Shown here: positions 36,560 to 46,608 of the stretch, piece by piece
Position numbering within the stretch: the stretch's first letter is position 1
How the letters are laid out: every line of letters begins with the position of its first letter
The notes under the pieces: generated by a model
Databases searched by the model: none
Seen by the model: the letters and a program-made list of their open reading frames with translations, nothing else
What the model was told of the DNA's origin: nothing
Position numbers and translations under genes: made by a program
Assembly (NCBI GenBank): GCA_050329975.1
Contig: JBHJOG010000155.1
Coordinates: 1-59,702, forward strand
DNA length: 59,702 nt
Source: Alphaproteobacteria bacterium
GTDB taxonomy: Bacteria > Pseudomonadota > Alphaproteobacteria > CALKHQ01
Direction: 5' to 3'

Positions 36560-36731
36560 CCGACGTCGTTAACAGAAGCTTAACACTGGCGCACAAAGCT
36601 GCCTGGACGACGTGAGAGTTGCAGGTCCGGTTCCGCTTGGAGGCGGCCAGTGCTAGGTTTACTATCCAGTCACATCCAGGCCCGACCGATCGTCCCCGAC
36701 GACCGTTACCACCACGGAGGCATGCTGAGTC

Positions 36732-37256
36732 ATGGCGAGCATTCATAATAAGCTGGAGCGGGTCCGGAAGCCCCGCGTTCACATCCGCTACGATGTGGAG
36801 ACCGAAGGCGCCCAGGTCGAGAAGGAGCTTCCTTTCGTTGTCGGCGTCATGGGCGACTTTTCCGGCGATCCGACGGAGCCGCTGAAGCCGCTGAAGGACC
36901 GGAAGTTCATCCAGATCGACCGCGACAACTTCAACGACGTCATGCGGCGGATGACTCCGGGTCTGAAGATGAAGGTCGAGAACAAGCTGGCCGGCGACGG
37001 CAGCGAGATGGCGGTCGACCTGAAGTTCTCGTCGATGGACGATTTCGACCCGGTCAACGTCGTCAACCAGGTCGAGCCGCTGCGCAAGCTGCTGGAGACC
37101 CGCAACAAACTGCGGGACCTGATGTCGAAGGTCGACCGCTCGGAGGAACTGGAAAGCCTGCTCGAGCAGGTGCTGCAGAGCGGCGAGGACCTGAAGGCCC
37201 TCGGTGCCCAGCTTGGCGTCGAGCCCAAGAAGACCGACGGGGAGGGTGCTGAATAA
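36732..37256 (+). CDS. tssB: T6SS contractile sheath small subunit TssB (VipA/ImpB)
   Basis: [42 protein letters not shown] and [14 protein letters not shown] are classic TssB motifs. Confidence 0.95.
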   Translation: MASIHNKLERVRKPRVHIRYDVETEGAQVEKELPFVVGVMGDFSGDPTEPLKPLKDRKFIQIDRDNFNDVMRRMTPGLKMKVENKLAGDGSEMAVDLKFSSMDDFDPVNVVNQVEPLRKLLETRNKLRDLMSKVDRSEELESLLEQVLQSGEDLKALGAQLGVEPKKTDGEGAE

Positions 37257-38749
37257 TGGCCGAAGAACTCAAGGCGGAAGCCGCTGTCGCCGAAGCGGAG
37301 GGCGGGGAGCTCAGCCTTCTCGACCAGATGGTCTCTGCGACCAAGCAGACCGAGCCCGACCGGGCGCAGGACCTGCTGAAAACGCTGACCGAGGAAGCGC
37401 TGGCAGGCACGGTCACCTATTCGAAGAACCTGACCCAGACCTTCAACCAGGCGATCAACGCCATCGACCGCAAGCTGTCCGAGCAGCTGGCGGCGGTGAT
37501 GCACCACGAAAAGTTCCAGAAGCTGGAAGGCACCTGGCGCGGGCTGCACCATCTGGTCATGAACTCCGAGACCAGCACCAGCCTGAAGATCCGGATGTTC
37601 AACGTCTCCAAGCGCGATCTCTACAAGGACATCAGCAAGGCCGTCGAGTTCGACCAGAGCCAGACCTTCAAGAAGCTCTACGAGAACGAGTTCGGCTCGC
37701 CGGGCGGCGAGCCCTATGGCGCGCTGATCGGCGACTACGAGTTCACGGCGCATCCCGAGGACATCGAGCTGCTGACCGGGATGTCGAACATCGCCGCGGC
37801 CTCCTTCGCGCCGTTCATTTCGTCCGCCGGGCCGGGCATGTTCGGCTTCGAATCCTATGAGGAACTGTCGAAGCCTCGGGATCTGGAGAAGATCTTCGAC
37901 TCCATCGAATACGCCAAGTGGCGGAGCTTCCGCGACAGCGAGGATTCCCGGTTCGTCACCCTGACCATGCCGCGCGTGCTGGCGCGGACTCCCTATGGCT
38001 CCGCGACCAAGCCCGTCGAGGAGTTCAACTACGAGGAAGGCAGGCTGGATGCGACCGGCGCGCCGGTAGCGATGGACCACACCGAGTTCTGCTGGATGAA
38101 CGCCGCATACGTGATGGGCACCAGGCTGACCGACGCCTTCGCCCAGAACGGCTTCTGCACAGCGATCCGCGGCGCGGAGAACGGCGGCAAGGTGGAGAAC
38201 CTGCCGAGCTACGTGTTCAAGAGCGACGATGGCGACGCCGACCAGAAGTGCCCGACCGAGATCGGCGTCACCGACCGGCGCGAGGCGGAGCTGGGCAAGC
38301 TCGGCTTCCTGCCGCTGTGCCACTACAAGAACACCGACTATGCCGTGTTCTTCGGCGCCCAGACCACCCAGAAGCCGAAGAAGTACGACCGGCCGGAAGC
38401 GACCGCCAACGCGGCGATTTCCGCCCGCCTGCCCTACATCATGGCGACCAGCCGCTTCGCCCACTACCTGAAGGTGATGGCGCGCGACAAGATCGGCTCG
38501 TTCATGGAGGCGGAGGACTGCGCCACCTGGCTCAACCGCTGGATCAAGAACTACGTCGACGGCAATCCCGACGCCAGCCCAGCAATGCGGGCGAAATACC
38601 CGCTGCGCGAGGCTGTCGTCCAGGTGAAGGAGGTTCCCGGCGCGCCGGGCTCCTATCATGCGGTCGCCTACATGCGCCCCTGGCTGCAGATGGAGGAGCT
38701 GACCGCGTCGATGCGGATGGTAGCCCGCATCCCGCAGATGGGCGGCTGA
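37256..38749 (+). CDS. tssC: T6SS contractile sheath large subunit TssC (VipB/ImpC)
   Basis: 497 aa. [51 protein letters not shown] and [17 protein letters not shown]. The start overlaps the tssB stop (TAATG). Confidence 0.95.
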   Translation: MAEELKAEAAVAEAEGGELSLLDQMVSATKQTEPDRAQDLLKTLTEEALAGTVTYSKNLTQTFNQAINAIDRKLSEQLAAVMHHEKFQKLEGTWRGLHHLVMNSETSTSLKIRMFNVSKRDLYKDISKAVEFDQSQTFKKLYENEFGSPGGEPYGALIGDYEFTAHPEDIELLTGMSNIAAASFAPFISSAGPGMFGFESYEELSKPRDLEKIFDSIEYAKWRSFRDSEDSRFVTLTMPRVLARTPYGSATKPVEEFNYEEGRLDATGAPVAMDHTEFCWMNAAYVMGTRLTDAFAQNGFCTAIRGAENGGKVENLPSYVFKSDDGDADQKCPTEIGVTDRREAELGKLGFLPLCHYKNTDYAVFFGAQTTQKPKKYDRPEATANAAISARLPYIMATSRFAHYLKVMARDKIGSFMEAEDCATWLNRWIKNYVDGNPDASPAMRAKYPLREAVVQVKEVPGAPGSYHAVAYMRPWLQMEELTASMRMVARIPQMGG

Positions 38750-38810
38750 GGCCGGCAGGCATGATCGTGCGGGCGGGATCGGGGAGCACGGACAGGTCGT
38801 ACGCCGGCCG

Positions 38811-40295
38811 ATGACCGTGGTTGCCGCATCCCGCACCGCATCCGGCACGGCCCCTGGAGCAGTCCCGGGGGCCAGCCCGGCGGTTACCGGCGGACCCGGC
38901 GCTCGCGTGTTCCGTGCGCTCGAAAGGGCCCTGGCCAATGGCCGGGGCCCTTTGCGCGAGCGGCTGATCGGTGCGCTGGAGCTGTCGCTGGCCCTGGTCG
39001 ACGACCTGCTCTCGGCGCAGGCCAACGCGATCCTGCATCACCCCCAGTTCCAGCGCCTCGAGGCCAGCTGGCGCGGCGTGCACTACCTGACCGGCCAGCT
39101 TCGGACGAAGGACAACGTCAAGATCCGGATGCTGACGGTCCGCTGGCGGGAAATCTGCCGCGACATCGAACGGGCCATCGAGTTCGACCAGTCGAGCCTG
39201 TTCCGGCTGATCTACGACCAGGAGTTCGGCATCGCCGGCGGCGAGCCCTATGGACTGCTGCTGGTCGACCACGAGGTGCAGCACACGCCCGGTGCAGGTC
39301 ACAGCACAGACGACGTCTCGGCGCTGAAGGGCCTCGCCGAGATCGCGGCCGCCGCCTTCGCACCCTGCGTACTGGGATGCGCGCCGGCCCTGCTGGAGCT
39401 CGACCGGTTCACCGGCGTCGGCGCGACCACAGACTTCGCCGGGTTCTTCACCCGCCCGGCCTATGCCCGCTGGCGCGGCCTGCAGGATTCCGAGGATGCG
39501 CGATTCCTGGGCCTGACCCTGCCGCACGTGCTGATGCGCACCCCCTATGACGACGTCGGACGGGCGTGCGACCGGTTCCGGTTCCGCGAGGACGTGAGCG
39601 ATCCGACCGGGGACGACTATCTGTGGGGCAGTGCGGTCTATGCGTTCGGTGGGGTGGCGATCCGCGCCTTCCAGTCCTACCGCTGGTTCGCCGACATCCG
39701 CGGCGCCCGGCGGGACTCGCTGAGCGGGGGCCTGGTCACCGACCTGCCCGTGCACTGCTTCGGCACCGACAGCCAGGGCGTCGCGATCAAGATCTCCACC
39801 GACATCGCCCTGACCGAGGTCCAGGAGGTCGCGCTGAGCGACGCCGGGCTGATCCCGCTGATGAAGTGCAAGGACACCGACTACACCGCCTTCTACAGCA
39901 ACCAATCGTTGCAGCACTACCGCAGCTACGACAGTGCTGCCGCGCGGGTGAACGCGCGGTTGTCCTCGATGCTGCAATATGTGCTCTGCGTCTCCCGCTT
40001 CGCCCACTACGTCAAGATCATCGGTCGCGACAAGGTCGGCTCCTTCGCCGCCCCCGAGGACTGCCGCAGCTACCTGCAGAACTGGCTCAGCCAGTATGTC
40101 GATGCCAGCGATGGCGCTTCCGAGGCGCAGAAGGCCAAGTACCCGCTGCGCGCCGCGCGCGTGCAGGTGGTGGAGCTGCCCGGGCGGCCGGGCAACTACA
40201 TGGCGACCGTGCAGCTCCAGCCCCACTTCCAGCTCGACCAGCTGGTCTCGGCCTTCGAGCTGGTGACGGAAGTCAGCGCGCGGCGGGCGGCCTGA
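38811..40295 (+). CDS. tssC: Second TssC-family sheath large-subunit paralogue (ImpD-like)
   Basis: 494 aa, collinear with the first TssC: ILHHPQFQRLEASWRGVHYL, EFGIAGGEPYGLLLVDHEV and RFAHYVKIIGRDKVGSF. Has its own Ala/Gly/Pro-rich N-terminus. Confidence 0.9.
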   Translation: MTVVAASRTASGTAPGAVPGASPAVTGGPGARVFRALERALANGRGPLRERLIGALELSLALVDDLLSAQANAILHHPQFQRLEASWRGVHYLTGQLRTKDNVKIRMLTVRWREICRDIERAIEFDQSSLFRLIYDQEFGIAGGEPYGLLLVDHEVQHTPGAGHSTDDVSALKGLAEIAAAAFAPCVLGCAPALLELDRFTGVGATTDFAGFFTRPAYARWRGLQDSEDARFLGLTLPHVLMRTPYDDVGRACDRFRFREDVSDPTGDDYLWGSAVYAFGGVAIRAFQSYRWFADIRGARRDSLSGGLVTDLPVHCFGTDSQGVAIKISTDIALTEVQEVALSDAGLIPLMKCKDTDYTAFYSNQSLQHYRSYDSAAARVNARLSSMLQYVLCVSRFAHYVKIIGRDKVGSFAAPEDCRSYLQNWLSQYVDASDGASEAQKAKYPLRAARVQVVELPGRPGNYMATVQLQPHFQLDQLVSAFELVTEVSARRAA

Positions 40296-40786
40296 TGGCG
40301 CGCGACATCAAGCAGCCGCGGCTGCTGCTCTCGGTGCTCGACCGGCTGCTGGCCGATACCGATCTGACGTCGATCCGGGAGCCCGATCGCTATACCGTCG
40401 ACCATCTGCGCCAGGCTGTCGGCCGCGACCTCGAGCTGCTGCTGAACACACGGCAGCGCTGTCTTGCCCTGCCGCCGGGGCTCGAAGAGCTGCCGCAATC
40501 GCTGATGAACTTCGGGGTGCCGGACTTCGCCGGGGCCAACATCGCCACCGACGAGCAGAAGGCGGCGCTCCGCTCGGAGGTGGAGGCGACAATCCGGCGC
40601 TTCGAGCCGCGGCTGAAGAACGTCCGGGTCGACCTGATGGAGGCGACCCAGAGCCTGGACCGGTCGCTGCGCCTGCGCATCGATGCCGTGGTCGAGGCGG
40701 AATCGATCGCCGAGCACGTGGTCTATGATTCGGTGCTGGAGCCGGTGACGCGGACCTTCTCGATCACGAGTGTCCTCGATGTCTGA
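40295..40786 (+). CDS. tssE: T6SS baseplate subunit TssE (gp25-like)
   Basis: ATG 40295 overlaps the stop of the upstream gene (TGATG). SVLDRLLADTD, the LRQAVGRDLELLLNTR motif, and IRRFEPRL. Confidence 0.9.
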   Translation: MARDIKQPRLLLSVLDRLLADTDLTSIREPDRYTVDHLRQAVGRDLELLLNTRQRCLALPPGLEELPQSLMNFGVPDFAGANIATDEQKAALRSEVEATIRRFEPRLKNVRVDLMEATQSLDRSLRLRIDAVVEAESIAEHVVYDSVLEPVTRTFSITSVLDV

Positions 40787-42596
40787 CCGGCTGCTCGACT
40801 TCTACAACCGTGAGCTCTCATTCATCCGCCAGATGGGCGAGGATTTCGCCCGCAAGCATCCCGGCATCGCCGGCCATCTGCGGATCAGCGGCACCGCTAT
40901 CGAGGACCCGCACGTTTCGCGACTGATCGAGGCCTTCGCGCTGCTCAACGCGCGCACCCGCCTCAAGCTCGAGGACGAGTTCCCCGAGCTGACCCAGTCC
41001 CTGCTCGACCTGCTCTATCCCCACTATCTGGCGCCGGTGCCGTCGATGGCGATCGCCCGCCTGATGCCGGACCCGAAGGCCGAGGGCGCGGCGGTCGTCC
41101 GCCGGCTGACCGAGATAGACAGCGAACCGGTGGGTGGCGAGATCTGCCGTTTCCGCACCTGCTACGATACCGAGGTCTGGCCGGTGGCGTTGACCGGGGC
41201 CCAGTTCAGCGGCAGCCCTGTCGTCGCGCCCGTCAATCCGCAGGCCCCACATGCCGAGGGCGCTTTGCGGCTGACCCTGCGGTGTACCGGCGACACCATG
41301 ACCTTCAGCGACCTGTCGCCCGACCGGTTGCGCTTCTTCATCAGCGCCCAGCCCCAGATCGCCTACCTGCTCTACGAGGTGATCCTCAACCACGCCATCT
41401 CGGTCGCCTTCGCCGACGGCCCGGCCGATCCAAGCCCGGTGATCGCCGATCCGTCCGTGATCGCGCCGGTTGGTTTCGGCCCCGACGAAGGGATGCTGCC
41501 CTATCCGGCTCGTTCCTTCGTCGGCTACCGGCTGCTGACCGAGTTCTTCGCCTTCCCGGAGAAGTTTCTGTTCTTCGACCTTTCGGGCTTCGACGCCAAG
41601 ACGCTGACCGGCGCCGGCCGGACCCTGGAGGTGTTCATCTACCTCGACCGCAGTGCGACCGAGCTGGAGCGAGGCGTCACCGCCGACTCGCTCAGCCTGG
41701 GCTGCACGCCGATCGTCAATCTCTACGAGCAGCGGGCGGACCCGATCCGGCTGACCCACCTGCAGAGCGAGTACCGGGTGGTGCCCGATGCCCGCCGGCC
41801 GCGCGGGGTTGAGATCTACTCGATCAACAAGGTCAGCGGCCGGATGCCCGATGGCCAGGTGGTGGAGTTCGAGCCGTTCTTCGCGCTGCGACATTCCCAC
41901 GAGGACAGCGCGGGCCGCCGCTACTGGCATGCGCGCCGGTCGCAGGCGGTGGGCGATCTCAAGGGCACCCAGAGTCATCTCGCTTTTGTCGACCTCGACT
42001 TCAACCCGCATGCGCCAGACGACCTGATCGTCTCGATCACCACCACCTGCCTGAACCGCGACGTGCCCGAGGACCTCCCGTTCGGCGGCGGCCATCCCGA
42101 GCTGCGCTTCGTGGAGCCCAATTCGGCTGTCGCCGGCATCCGCTGCATCACCGCGCCGACGCCCACACTCAGGCTCGATTTCGGCGAGAGCGGCTATGTC
42201 CGGCTGATGTCTCACCTGGCGCTGAACCATCTATCGCTCAGCGGGCCGGAGGCGGCGCCGACACTGCGCGAGATCCTTACGCTCTATGACTTCCGCGATG
42301 CGCCGGAGACGCGCGCGGTGATCGGCGGCATCGTCGGGATCGATACCCGGCCGACGGCGGCGCGTGCGCCCGGCGGCGTGGTCGGCGCCATCTGTCGCGG
42401 ACTGGAAGTGACGGTGACCTTCGACCCGGCCCGGTTCTCGGGCAGCGGCATGTTCCTGCTGGCGAGCGTGCTCGAGCGGTTCGTGGCGCTCTACGCCTCC
42501 GCCAACTCCTTCACCCAGTTCGTCGCCCGGGTCAAAGGGCGCAAGAGGAACCTGAAGAAATGGCCGCCGCGCGCGGGACATCGCGAGATTCTGTGA
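40779..42596 (+). CDS. tssF: T6SS baseplate subunit TssF (ImpG)
   Basis: MSDRLLDFYNRELSFIRQMGEDFARKHP N-terminus, about 606 aa. Overlaps tssE by 8 nt. GTG 40770 is an alternative start. Confidence 0.95.
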   Translation: MSDRLLDFYNRELSFIRQMGEDFARKHPGIAGHLRISGTAIEDPHVSRLIEAFALLNARTRLKLEDEFPELTQSLLDLLYPHYLAPVPSMAIARLMPDPKAEGAAVVRRLTEIDSEPVGGEICRFRTCYDTEVWPVALTGAQFSGSPVVAPVNPQAPHAEGALRLTLRCTGDTMTFSDLSPDRLRFFISAQPQIAYLLYEVILNHAISVAFADGPADPSPVIADPSVIAPVGFGPDEGMLPYPARSFVGYRLLTEFFAFPEKFLFFDLSGFDAKTLTGAGRTLEVFIYLDRSATELERGVTADSLSLGCTPIVNLYEQRADPIRLTHLQSEYRVVPDARRPRGVEIYSINKVSGRMPDGQVVEFEPFFALRHSHEDSAGRRYWHARRSQAVGDLKGTQSHLAFVDLDFNPHAPDDLIVSITTTCLNRDVPEDLPFGGGHPELRFVEPNSAVAGIRCITAPTPTLRLDFGESGYVRLMSHLALNHLSLSGPEAAPTLREILTLYDFRDAPETRAVIGGIVGIDTRPTAARAPGGVVGAICRGLEVTVTFDPARFSGSGMFLLASVLERFVALYASANSFTQFVARVKGRKRNLKKWPPRAGHREIL

Positions 42597-43654
42597 TCGA
42601 CCGCCTCGCGGAGGCGCCGGAGACGATTCCACTGTTCCAGGCCGTCCGCCTGCTGGAACAGGCGGCGCGTGTCGGTGCGGCGTCGCCGAAGGGAGCCGAC
42701 CAGCCGGTTGGCCAGGATGCCCATCCCCCCGACGAGGTGGTGCGGTTCCGGGCGGCGAACGGACTTGGCTTTCCCTCCAGCGACCTGCAGCGGGTGCAGC
42801 TGGCCGCTGACGAACTTCCACCGGAGGACACGGCCGTCCGGCGGCAGGGCCTGCGCCAGCCGGAGCTCTCGGTCAACGCGATCGGGCTGACCGGCCCCAG
42901 CGGGGTGCTGCCGCAGGGCTATACCGAGATCATGGCGCGGTCGCTGCGCGAGCGATCGTTCGCGATGCGCGACTTCTTCGACATGTTCAACCATCGCATC
43001 ACCGCCCTGTTCTACCGCGCCTGGACCAAGTACCGGCTGCCGTTCTCGTTCGAGCGAAACGGCGGTCGCGGCAATGACGGCGTGACCCAGCTGCTCGCGG
43101 GCCTGGTCGGGCTGGGAACGCCGCGGACGCGCCGGCGCCATGCGGCGGCCGACGAGGCAATCCTGCACTACGCCGGGCTGTTCGCGCATTGGCCACGCTC
43201 GATCGTCGGGCTGGAGGCGATGCTCAGCGACTACCTGGGACGGCCGGTGGTGGCGGACCAATTCTGCGGCCGATGGCTGATGCTGCCGGCCGACGTCCAG
43301 TCGCGGCTGGCCGGCAGGGGGCCGACGGCGGGCTTCAACTGCCAGCTCGGCCTCTCGGCGCTGGCCGGCACCCGCGCCTGGGACGTGCAGAGCACGATCC
43401 GGCTCAGGATCGGGCCGCTGCGGGGCTCCATGTTCGCCGACCTGCTGCCGGGCGGCGCTGCTTTCGAGCGGCTGCGAGACCTGGTGCGGCTCTACCTGGG
43501 CCTGGAATGTTCCTGCCGGCTGCAGCTGACGCTCGCGCGCGATGCAGTGCCGAACCTCAGCCTGGACGGACAGGTCCGGCTGGGCCTCAACAGCTGGCTG
43601 AAGTCCGGGCCCATGGCGCACGACTCCAGCGATGCCGAGTTCGCGCTGGTGTAG
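42560..43654 (+). CDS. tssG: T6SS baseplate subunit TssG (ImpH)
   Basis: ETIPLFQAVRLLEQ and FFDMFNHRITALFYRAW motifs. Overlaps the end of tssF. Confidence 0.9.
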   Translation: MAAARGTSRDSVIDRLAEAPETIPLFQAVRLLEQAARVGAASPKGADQPVGQDAHPPDEVVRFRAANGLGFPSSDLQRVQLAADELPPEDTAVRRQGLRQPELSVNAIGLTGPSGVLPQGYTEIMARSLRERSFAMRDFFDMFNHRITALFYRAWTKYRLPFSFERNGGRGNDGVTQLLAGLVGLGTPRTRRRHAAADEAILHYAGLFAHWPRSIVGLEAMLSDYLGRPVVADQFCGRWLMLPADVQSRLAGRGPTAGFNCQLGLSALAGTRAWDVQSTIRLRIGPLRGSMFADLLPGGAAFERLRDLVRLYLGLECSCRLQLTLARDAVPNLSLDGQVRLGLNSWLKSGPMAHDSSDAEFALV

Positions 43655-43691
43655 CGGATGCGCCGGCGTTCGCCCGCGGGCGGGCAGAATG

Positions 43692-43707
43692 AAATTCGTG
43701 CGAATTT
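43692..43707. promoter_or_regulatory. AT-rich perfect palindrome AAATTCG-TG-CGAATTT (candidate operator) in the tssG-hcp gap
   Basis: 7-bp inverted repeat with a 2-nt spacer. It is conspicuously AT-rich for this sequence and lies about 240 nt upstream of hcp. Confidence 0.35.
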
Positions 43708-43863
43708 ACCGGCCGTGACGCAGAAACGTTGTTCCGGTTTGCGGCCGCTCACGTGTATAAACGGTCACGCGGGCCTCGGCTGGAACCCGGTCAGGGTAGG
43801 CTGGGCCAGCCGATGCCTGCCCTCGCCGATTAACGAGGAAGCAACGTAAAATTGGCCAGCCTG

Positions 43864-43879
43864 ACGTGCCGTCGCACGT
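43864..43879. promoter_or_regulatory. Palindrome ACGTGC-CGTC-GCACGT (operator or leader hairpin) upstream of hcp
   Basis: 6-bp arms, further flanked by CCTGA...TCAGG (43860-43894). Lies 67 nt upstream of the hcp ATG. Confidence 0.3.
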
Positions 43880-43945
43880 GAACGGGCGGTCAGGCGCACC
43901 TAAACCAGGGAGCCGCATCCCCAGCGGGCAGCAAGGAGTCCAAAG

Positions 43946-44428
43946 ATGGCTATCTATTTGAAGCTTGGCGATATCAAGGGCGAGGTCACGGCCCAAGGGT
44001 TTGCGGACCAGATCGAGTGCCACTCGATGCAGTTCGGCGTCGGCCGCGCGATCCACACCCCGGTCGGCGCGGTTACAAACCGCGAAGCGTCTGCCCCCTC
44101 GATCAGCGAGGTGACGCTGTCCAAGGCGCTCGACAAGTCGTCGATCGCGCTGTTCACCGAGGCCGTGGTCGGCAAGAAGGAAAAGGCGCTCGCCGCCGAG
44201 ATCACCATCACCAAGACCGGTGGCGACGCTCTGGAGAAGATCGCCGTCTACAAGCTGACCAACACCATGATCAGCGGCTACAGCGTCAGCACCGGCGGCG
44301 ACCGGCCGAGCGAGTCCCTGTCGTTGAACTTCACCAAGATCGAGATCGAGGTGACCAGCGAAGCGGCGGCCGGCGATGACGGTTCGCCCGTCCGTGCCTC
44401 CTACGACCTCGCCACGGCCAAGCCCTGA
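43946..44428 (+). CDS. hcp: T6SS tube protein Hcp (TssD)
   Basis: MAIYLKLGDIKGEVTAQGFADQIECHSMQFGV, about 160 aa, AAGGAG Shine-Dalgarno. Confidence 0.95.
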   Translation: MAIYLKLGDIKGEVTAQGFADQIECHSMQFGVGRAIHTPVGAVTNREASAPSISEVTLSKALDKSSIALFTEAVVGKKEKALAAEITITKTGGDALEKIAVYKLTNTMISGYSVSTGGDRPSESLSLNFTKIEIEVTSEAAAGDDGSPVRASYDLATAKP

Positions 44429-44564
44429 TCCGGCCGCCTGCGAACATCGGGAGCGGACGGCAGACCGGGCGACCGGTCGGGCGTATGACCATCCGCTCCT
44501 CTGGCACCATCCGCGTCCCGTCGCCCCTCCGGCGACCCGGGGCGCGGAACTTCGGTTATTGCGG

Positions 44565-46604
44565 GTGAGTGACCAGATCACACAGGACGAGCGCCTGCTG
44601 TCGGTGGAGTCCCCGCTGGGCACGGACGTTCTGTTGATAGCCGGGTTGAGCGGAACCGAAGGCATGTCGCGCCTGTTCGAGTTCCGGCTCGACCTGCTCT
44701 CGGCCAGCACCGACATCACGGCCGACCAGCTGCTGGGCAAGTCGGTCACCGTCTCGATGGCGCGGGCGGGCGGGGATCCGCGCTACTTCAACGGCGTCGT
44801 GCGCCGCTTTGCCGCCGGGCCGATCGGCGGGCGCGGGCTGCGCAGCTACGTTGCCGAGATCGCGCCCACCGCATGGCTGCTGACCCAGACCAGCGACCAC
44901 AAGATCTTCCAGGCCAAGTCAGCCAAGGACATCATCGAGGATGTCCTGACCGCCCACGGGGTCACCAATTATCGCTTCGGCGTCATCAACGAGCAGCACC
45001 CGGTTCGGGACTACTGCGTCCAGTACGGGGAGACCGCCTACGACTTCATCCAGCGGCTGATGGAGGAGGAAGGCATCTTCTACTACATCGAGCACAAGCA
45101 GGGCGAGCATACGATCGTCATCGCCGACGACAAGTCGGCCTATGTGGATGCGATCGACAAGGAGGTGACGTACGCGCCCGGGTCGATGCTGACCAACGCG
45201 GTAAGCCAGTGGCTACCAAGCTTCGCCTTCCAGTCCGGCAAATGGACCCAGCGCGACTTCGATTTCGAGAACCCGAGCAAGATCAAGGACCTGGAGACGG
45301 AGCAGGCAACCAGCGTGAGCGTGAGCGAGTTCAGCAAGTACGAGCGGTTCAGCTATCCCGGGCTGTACGTCAAGCGCAGCGACGGCAGCCTGCTGACACG
45401 GCTGCAGATGGAGATGCTGGAGGCCGACTACTGCACCGTGCGCGGGGACAGCGACCTGGCGAGCTTCACCCCGGGCGCGAAGTTCAAGCTGACGAACGAT
45501 CCCGACGGCAGCAAGGCGTACGTGCTGACGGAGGTCAGCCACCGGGCGACAGGTGCGACGCTGCAGGCGGGTGGCGGCGATGGCGAGACGTACGCGAACA
45601 GCTTTACCTGCATTCCGGCGGACACCGTGTTCCGGCCGCTGCGGCTCACCGCCAAACCGAAGGTGCATGGGCCTCAGACGGCCATCGTGGTCGGGCAATC
45701 GGGACAGGAGATCTATTGCGACACGTACGGCCGGATCAAGGTCCAGTTCCATTGGGACCGCTACGGCAAGTCCGACGAGAACAGTTCCTGCTGGATCCGG
45801 GTCGCCCAGGCCTGGGCCGGCGGCAAATGGGGGGCGATCTTCACCCCCCGGATGGGGATGGAGGTGGTCGTCGAGTTCCTCGACGGCGACCCGGACCGGC
45901 CGCTGGTCACCGGCTGCGTCTACAATGGCGACAACGGCGTCCCCTACGCGCTCGCCGACAACAAGACCCAGTCGGGTTTTCTCAGCCGCAGTTCCCAGCA
46001 GGGGACGGCGCAGAACGCCAACGAGCTGCGGTTCGAGGACAAGAAGGGCGAGGAGCAGATCCTGTTCCACGCCGAGAAGGATTTCCTGCGCGAGGTCGAG
46101 AACGACGACACGCTGACGGTCGGCAACGACCAGACCATCACCGTCGACAACAACCGGACCGAGACCGTCAAGGCGGACGAGACGATCACGATCGAGGGCA
46201 ACCGGACGGAGACCGTGCAGCAGGACGAGGCGGTGACGGTCCAGCAGAACCGTACCCACACCATCCAGGGCGACGACGCCGCGACCGTCACCGGGGACGC
46301 GAGCCTGACCGTCAGCTCCGGCAATCGCGGGGTATCGGTGGACAGCGGCAACTACACGCTCGCTGCCGCGATGGGCAACGTGACGATCGGCGCCGACATG
46401 GGCAAGGTGACGATCGAGGCGATGCAATCGATCGAGCTCAAGGTCGGCGGCAACAGCGTCAAGATCGACCAGACCGGGGTGACGGTGAAGGGCATCCTGG
46501 TCAAGCTGACCGCCGATGGGGCGGCCAACCTCGAAGGCGCAATGACGACCGTCAAGGGCAGCGGCATGCTGTCGCTGAGCGGCGGCCTGATCAAGCTGAA
46601 CTGA
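44565..46604 (+). CDS. vgrG: T6SS spike protein VgrG (TssI), no obvious C-terminal effector extension
   Basis: GTG 44565 (VSDQITQDERLLSVESPLGTDVLL.AGLSGTEGMSRLFEFRLDLLS). gp27/gp5 core (CWIRVAQAWAGGKWGAIFTPRMGMEVVVEFLDGDPDRPLVTGCVYNG). Beta-helix octad-like repeats run to the end. TTG 44559 is an alternative start. Confidence 0.9.
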   Translation: MSDQITQDERLLSVESPLGTDVLLIAGLSGTEGMSRLFEFRLDLLSASTDITADQLLGKSVTVSMARAGGDPRYFNGVVRRFAAGPIGGRGLRSYVAEIAPTAWLLTQTSDHKIFQAKSAKDIIEDVLTAHGVTNYRFGVINEQHPVRDYCVQYGETAYDFIQRLMEEEGIFYYIEHKQGEHTIVIADDKSAYVDAIDKEVTYAPGSMLTNAVSQWLPSFAFQSGKWTQRDFDFENPSKIKDLETEQATSVSVSEFSKYERFSYPGLYVKRSDGSLLTRLQMEMLEADYCTVRGDSDLASFTPGAKFKLTNDPDGSKAYVLTEVSHRATGATLQAGGGDGETYANSFTCIPADTVFRPLRLTAKPKVHGPQTAIVVGQSGQEIYCDTYGRIKVQFHWDRYGKSDENSSCWIRVAQAWAGGKWGAIFTPRMGMEVVVEFLDGDPDRPLVTGCVYNGDNGVPYALADNKTQSGFLSRSSQQGTAQNANELRFEDKKGEEQILFHAEKDFLREVENDDTLTVGNDQTITVDNNRTETVKADETITIEGNRTETVQQDEAVTVQQNRTHTIQGDDAATVTGDASLTVSSGNRGVSVDSGNYTLAAAMGNVTIGADMGKVTIEAMQSIELKVGGNSVKIDQTGVTVKGILVKLTADGAANLEGAMTTVKGSGMLSLSGGLIKLN

Positions 46605-46608
46605 CGCG

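Noticed and set aside
36587-36602. Possible sigma54 promoter TGGCGC-N..-CTGC upstream of tssB (and TGGCC...GTGC at 43853-43869 upstream of hcp)
   Set aside because: The GG-to-GC spacing is one or two nt longer than the strict GG-N10-GC requirement. No sigma54 activator gene is present in the locus.
36788-39025. Long antisense ORFs across the T6SS genes (36788..39025, 38544..40226, 46591..48807, 49540..51996, 53550..55658 and similar)
   Set aside because: Same high-GC artefact. Each overlaps a strongly supported T6SS core gene on the plus strand and translates to Arg/Pro/Gly-rich sequence without motifs.
43692-43707. AT-rich palindrome considered as a Fur box
   Set aside because: It has no convincing match to the GATAATGATAATCATTATC-type consensus. 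It is kept only as a generic candidate operator.
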